Positions 59,330 through 64,000 of a stretch of 64,000 nt of DNA are shown here, one piece after another. Source of the DNA: the human T2T-CHM13v2.0 reference genome, Homo sapiens; the NCBI RefSeq assembly GCF_009914755.1, contig NC_060932.1; one strand, given 5' to 3'. The notes beneath the pieces are model-generated. The model did no database searches and was not told where the DNA came from. It was given only the letters and a program-made list of their open reading frames with translations. Position numbers and translations under genes: made by a program. Within the stretch, counting starts at the first letter, position 1; each line of letters opens with the position of its first letter.

Positions 59330-59530
59330 GCACTATGCACACATTATTTTATTTTATTCTAGCAATAGCAAAAGGATAATTGCTACAATTATTATCTATA
59401 TATTATAAATGAAGAAACTGAGACTTAGAGATTCAAACTTGCCAAAGCTTATAAATAAAGTAAGTTATGGAACTGGGATTCAAAGCTGAATCTATCTGAT
59501 TTCAGAGCCCAAATTCAAGCCATCTTCTCC
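59330..59530 (-). mobile_element. MIR SINE remnant
   Basis: ataaatgaagaaactgagacttagaga ... cttgccaaag ... ggaactgggattcaaa ... ctgatttcagagccc. Confidence 0.75.
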
Positions 59531-60389
59531 TACTGCATTATTTCAGTCTACTTCAGGCCATGACAGTATACAATTCACTGTTTATACTTTTGAATAAAAG
59601 TAAACAAAAGTAAATGGAAGCAACCTCTAAAAAGAATGGCTAAGAAAATTATTTCCTGTGGAACCTTCTGGAATAGGATGCAGAAAGAACAAATATTTGG
59701 TGCCAGCTTACACTGTATTAGGTAAAAGGTTAAATTGAATTTACATATTTTCTTATTTAATTCTCAAAATATAATTTAGGTCTATTGTGCAGGCAAAGCA
59801 TTGAGGCTCAAAGAGACAAAGAAAATGACTCAGGATTATATAGAGTATACGTGAAGGAGGCAAGATTCAAATCTAGTACTTTATGCCTCATACTTTCCAG
59901 TTCCCCCTGAAGTAGATGAGAAGTTTATCACTAAAAGCAACTTAGTGCATTGTTTCTTTCATATCTGCCTCTCATTTTCCATACATATCTCTGTAGTATT
60001 TATAATTTTAGGTCTTCCAATGAACTCCTTCACTTTCTGGGTTTTTTTTTTTTTCAGAGATTTCTAAAATACCACCGGTTGCTTTTCACAGATGCCACAT
60101 TCTGAAGAATTCGGGGGAATGCCCATATGTGTAGGGAAAGATGCCCAGCATACAAGGCAGTGGCTGTGCATGTTCTGCCAGGCCATAGGCATCAGTATTC
60201 CTTTCCAAAAAGCAATTGGAGAGGATCAACAGAACACCATTTATATAAGGAAACAAGATACGCTGGTTCCTACATTTCTATTCTCCCATCTATCAAAGAC
60301 TATAGAAATGGTTGCTTGGTTAAGTTAGGAATGGAGGAAAGGCTGAGAAGTAGGAGTAAAATGATTCCGTACCCTAACATATCACTGAC

Positions 60390-60721
60390 TGCTGTGAACT
60401 GAATTGTGTTCCCATAACATTCATATATTAAAGCTCTAACCTCCAATGTGAAGGTACTTGGAGATTAGTCTTTTGACGTGTAATTAGCTTGAGATGAGGT
60501 TATAAAAGTGGAGCTCTCATGATGAGATTAGTATCTTTATAAGAAGACATACCAGAGAGCTTATTTTCTCTCTGTTTCTCCTCCATGGGAAGACACAAGA
60601 AGGCAGCAGTCTTCAAGCCAATAAGAGGAATCTTGCCTCTGGAACTGTGAGAAATAAATTTCTGCTGTTTATGTCACCATTCTATGGTATTTTGTTATGA
60701 TAGTCCAAGAAGACTAAGTCA
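60390..60721 (+). mobile_element. MLT1A-like MaLR LTR
   Basis: tgctgtgaactgaattgtgttccc ... ggaactgtgagaaataaatttctgctgttt ... ggtattttgttat ... gactaagtca. Confidence 0.85.
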
Positions 60722-60725
60722 CCAC

Positions 60726-60906
60726 CCAGTAGAAATTTTTGTGGTGATGACGAAAATGTTATATATCTGTGATGTTCAATATTATTGTCACTAGCCACAT
60801 TTGAGTAATGTGGATGAAGAACTGAATTGTTAATTTTATTCAATTGTATTTAATTAAAATTTGTCTAGCTGTATTTGGCTAGTGCTTACCTTATTGGACA
60901 GTGCAG
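60726..60906 (+). mobile_element. MER3 (hAT-Charlie) DNA transposon
   Basis: aaatgttatatatctgtg ... cactagccacat ... gaactgaatt..taattttatt ... ggctagtg..taccttattggacagtgcag. Confidence 0.85.
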
Positions 60907-60929
60907 CTGTACAACAAAACACAGTCTTC

Positions 60930-63135
60930 TTGCAATTTGTCCCCCAAAGAAGACTGCAGTATAGCTGCCTGGTTGCATCGTTCCCATACATACTCACATC
61001 TGCCCCAACAGCTGGTCTTGCAGTGGCTATGTCCCACTGACAGACCACTGCAGAGCCACCCAGCATGAAAGGTGACCCAACAGCAGCCTCATCTCTCCAG
61101 AGAGACAGATGCCTGCCTAGCTGTGCCCATACATGTCAAGCTGGTCCTCAGCAGAAGATAACCATAGCACTGTCATCACAAATTTCTCACAGCCTAGGCC
61201 ACTGAGGCAATTGCAGACATTGCTGACACAAAAGATGCTGACAGGGATTACAGCTAAAGAGACCGCACCATGCTACTGAGTGTACTCAGAACCAAATTGA
61301 ATGCACCATAACCAAATAAAACCCCAGAATCCATCTACAGGAAAGCGCCTTCTCATAAAAGCTACTCCATAAAGATCACACCACTGCAATACAGCAGAGC
61401 AAAATCCCATTTCTAAATTAAATAAATAAGTAAATTTTTAAAAGGTACTGCATAAAATTGTAAAAAGTTTTTATTCCAACAGATATGCAGCTATCAATGT
61501 AAGGACACAAGAAATATGAATAATCAAGGAAACATGACACTCTACAAAGAATACAATAAGTCTCCAGTAAAGACCCCAAAGAAAAGAACACTAACAAAAT
61601 GCCTGAAAATAAATTTAAAATAATGATCTTAAGGAAACTCATCGAGATACAAGGAAATATACGCAAATAATTTAGTGAAATTAATAAAACAATTCGTGGT
61701 CTGAATGAAAATCAACAGTCATAATTATAAAAAAGAAACAGAAACCTTGGGGCTAAATAATGCAGTAAATAAAATGAAAAACACAACTGAGTGCTTCAAC
61801 AGTAGAATAGATCAAGCAGAAGAAAAAAGTGTTTAAATTTGAAGATAGGTATTTTTGAAATAACCCACTCAGAATATTAAAAATAAAAGTAATAAAAACT
61901 AAAGGATGCCTACAGGACTCACGGGACACCATAAAACAAACAGCTATTTGCATTATAGGAGTTATATTGGGAGAAGTGAGAGAGAAAGGCCCGGAAACCT
62001 ATAATAAAATAATAGTTGAAATCTTCCCAAATATGGGGAGAGATGATCATCCAGATTCAGAAAGCTCAAATGTCCCCAATTATATTTAACCCTAAAAGAT
62101 CTGCTCGAAGGCATATTATGCTCAAACTATCAAATTCAAAACAGAGAGAATTCTAAAAAATGAAAGAGAATAGCACCAAGTTACATATAAGGGAATCTCT
62201 ATTAGACTACCTGTAGACTTCTCAGCAGAAACCTTGCAGGCCAGGAGAGAATAAAATAATATATTCAAATTCCAAAAGAATAAAAACTGTCAACTAAGAA
62301 TACTACCTTCAACAAAGCTATACTTCAGAAATAGAGAAGTAAAGACTTCCCCAGACAAACAAAATCTGAGGAAATGTATGACCGTTAAATCAGCCTTACA
62401 AGAATTGCTTAAGGGAGTGCTACATCTGGAAACAAAAGGACGATAATCAATACAATAAAATAGAAAACTTGGCAGTTCATAAATTGAACTCAGAATACCC
62501 CAGTGATGTAACAGTGTAATGTAAATCTCTCAATCCTTTAGTATGGAAGTTTACAGCCAAAATAGTCAAAAACAGTAAGCTATCATTAGCAGCTAAGGAA
62601 CACATAATAGATTTTTAAAAAGTAAATTAAGACAACAAAAATATAAATTGTGGAGAGAAGAGAAAATGTCTAGAGTATTTTTGTAGCACCAAAGTTAAAT
62701 TGCTCTCAGCTTAAAATAGGTTATTACAACCACAAGACTTTTTATGTTACCCTTATGGTAACCACAAAGACAGAAATTGTAGCAGATATAAAAATAATAC
62801 AAAGAAAGAAACAAGGCTCAACACCACAGAAAACCACCAAACCACAGAGTAAACAACAAACAGAGGAAGAAAGAAACAAAGGATCTACAAAATATTCAGA
62901 AAAAAATTAACAAAAAGGAAGGAGTGAATCCTTAAGTTCTTATCTATCAACAATAACCTTTGATGTAAGTGGATCAAATTCTCAAATAAAAATATATAGT
63001 GTAGCTGAATGGATAGAAACAGCAACAAAAACAAACAAACAAAAAAACAGAAAACCCAACTATATGATGCCTGTAAGAGATTCATCTCACCATTAAAGAC
63101 AAACAAACTGAATGTGAAGAAATGAAAAAAGACAA
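60930..63135 (+). mobile_element. Old L1 5' portion (5' UTR, decayed ORF1, start of ORF2)
   Basis: caaggaaacatgacac..aaagaatacaataa (ORF1 start region); gacttctcagcagaaaccttgcaggccaggagaga (ORF1 C-terminal region); caataacctttgatgtaagtgga (ORF2 ITLNVNG remnant). Confidence 0.88.
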
Positions 63136-63255
63136 CTGTGTGTCAGATACTGCTAAATACCAGGATATAAAAAAGTAAGGTGTGAGTCTTGCAGTTGAGA
63201 GACTGTAGTCTCAAAGAAAAGCCAAGTGAATTATAAAATAATGTAATAATTGTTC

Positions 63256-63714
63256 TGTATTAGGTTGAATGGTGGTCCCCCAAAGATACGATCACCTGTA
63301 TCTTGGTGACTTTATTTGGAATAAAGGATGTGACTTTATTTGGAATAAGAATGTTTGCAGATGTACTTAAGTTCAGGATCTTCATGTGAGATCATCTTGG
63401 TTTTGGCAGTCCCTAAATCCAATGATGAATATACTTTAAAAAGACAGAATAGGGGACACACAAAGACACAGGGAGGAAGGCCACGTGAGGACAGAGGCAG
63501 AGACTGGGGCTATGCTTCCCAATCTAAGGAATGCCAGGAATCCCCGGAAGCAAAAAGGAACAATAAAGTATTCCTGCCTAGAGCCTTCAGAGGGAGCGTG
63601 GTCCTACCAACACCGATTTTGGACTTCAGGCCTAAAAAGTGTGAGAATAGAAATGTCCTCTGTCTCCAATTACTAAGTGGTGGTTTGTTGTGGCAGCCCA
63701 AGGAACTCCCTACC
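63256..63714 (+). mobile_element. MLT1C-like MaLR LTR
   Basis: aggttgaatggtggtcccccaaagata ... gaaggccacgtgaggacagaggcagagactgg ... gagccttcagagggagcgtgg; internal 24-bp tandem duplication. Confidence 0.87.
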
Positions 63715-63939
63715 TGCTGTAACAGAGATAGAAGCAAAATATATGGTGAAATGGAGTAGAACCAAGCTCTCTCTGAGGCAATGTGGTTTTCCAATGGCAT
63801 AATATTAGACCCAGAACTTTAAAAAAGAGTAAGTATTTTCCAGGTAAAGTTAGTTTAGGGCCAATCTACCATTTCATTCCTGTTGGCAGAGCTTAAGTTG
63901 GTCGTGCTGGTGATGTTTGGGAATGATAAGCTCACTATG

Positions 63940-64000
63940 CAGTTGACCTTTGAACAAAACAGATTTGAACTACAAGGGTCCACTTACACAGATTTTCTTC
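63940..64000 (+). mobile_element. Tigger2-family DNA transposon, left end (runs off the window)
   Basis: cagttgacctttgaacaaaacagatttgaactacaagggtccactta matches the Tigger2/MER8/MER28 terminus. Confidence 0.8.

Overview
AT-rich, CpG-poor primate genomic DNA, probably hominoid judging by AluY/AluYd-like and L1PA2-like elements; the species cannot be fixed from the sequence alone. I see no credible protein-coding gene, structural RNA gene or CpG island, so this looks intergenic or deep intronic. The ORF track is explained by Alu, L1 and LTR remnants, simple repeats and chance. A large share of the window is interspersed repeat: about 17 Alus, several L1s, L2, MIR, MaLR/ERVL/ERV1 LTRs and Tigger/hAT DNA transposons. 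Family calls come from recalled consensus motifs and subfamilies are unverified. The notable structures are mutational fossils rather than a new gene system: (1) a multi-step template-switch rearrangement inside an MLT2 LTR (33461-34933) forming a ~550-bp palindrome, whose spacer captured 57 bp from 2 kb downstream; (2) a young 5'-truncated L1 carrying a 3' transduction, with a perfect 43-bp duplication overlapping its target-site duplication (TSD); (3) a head-to-tail AluY + AluYd-like pair inside one 18-bp TSD, one member showing almost no CpG decay.
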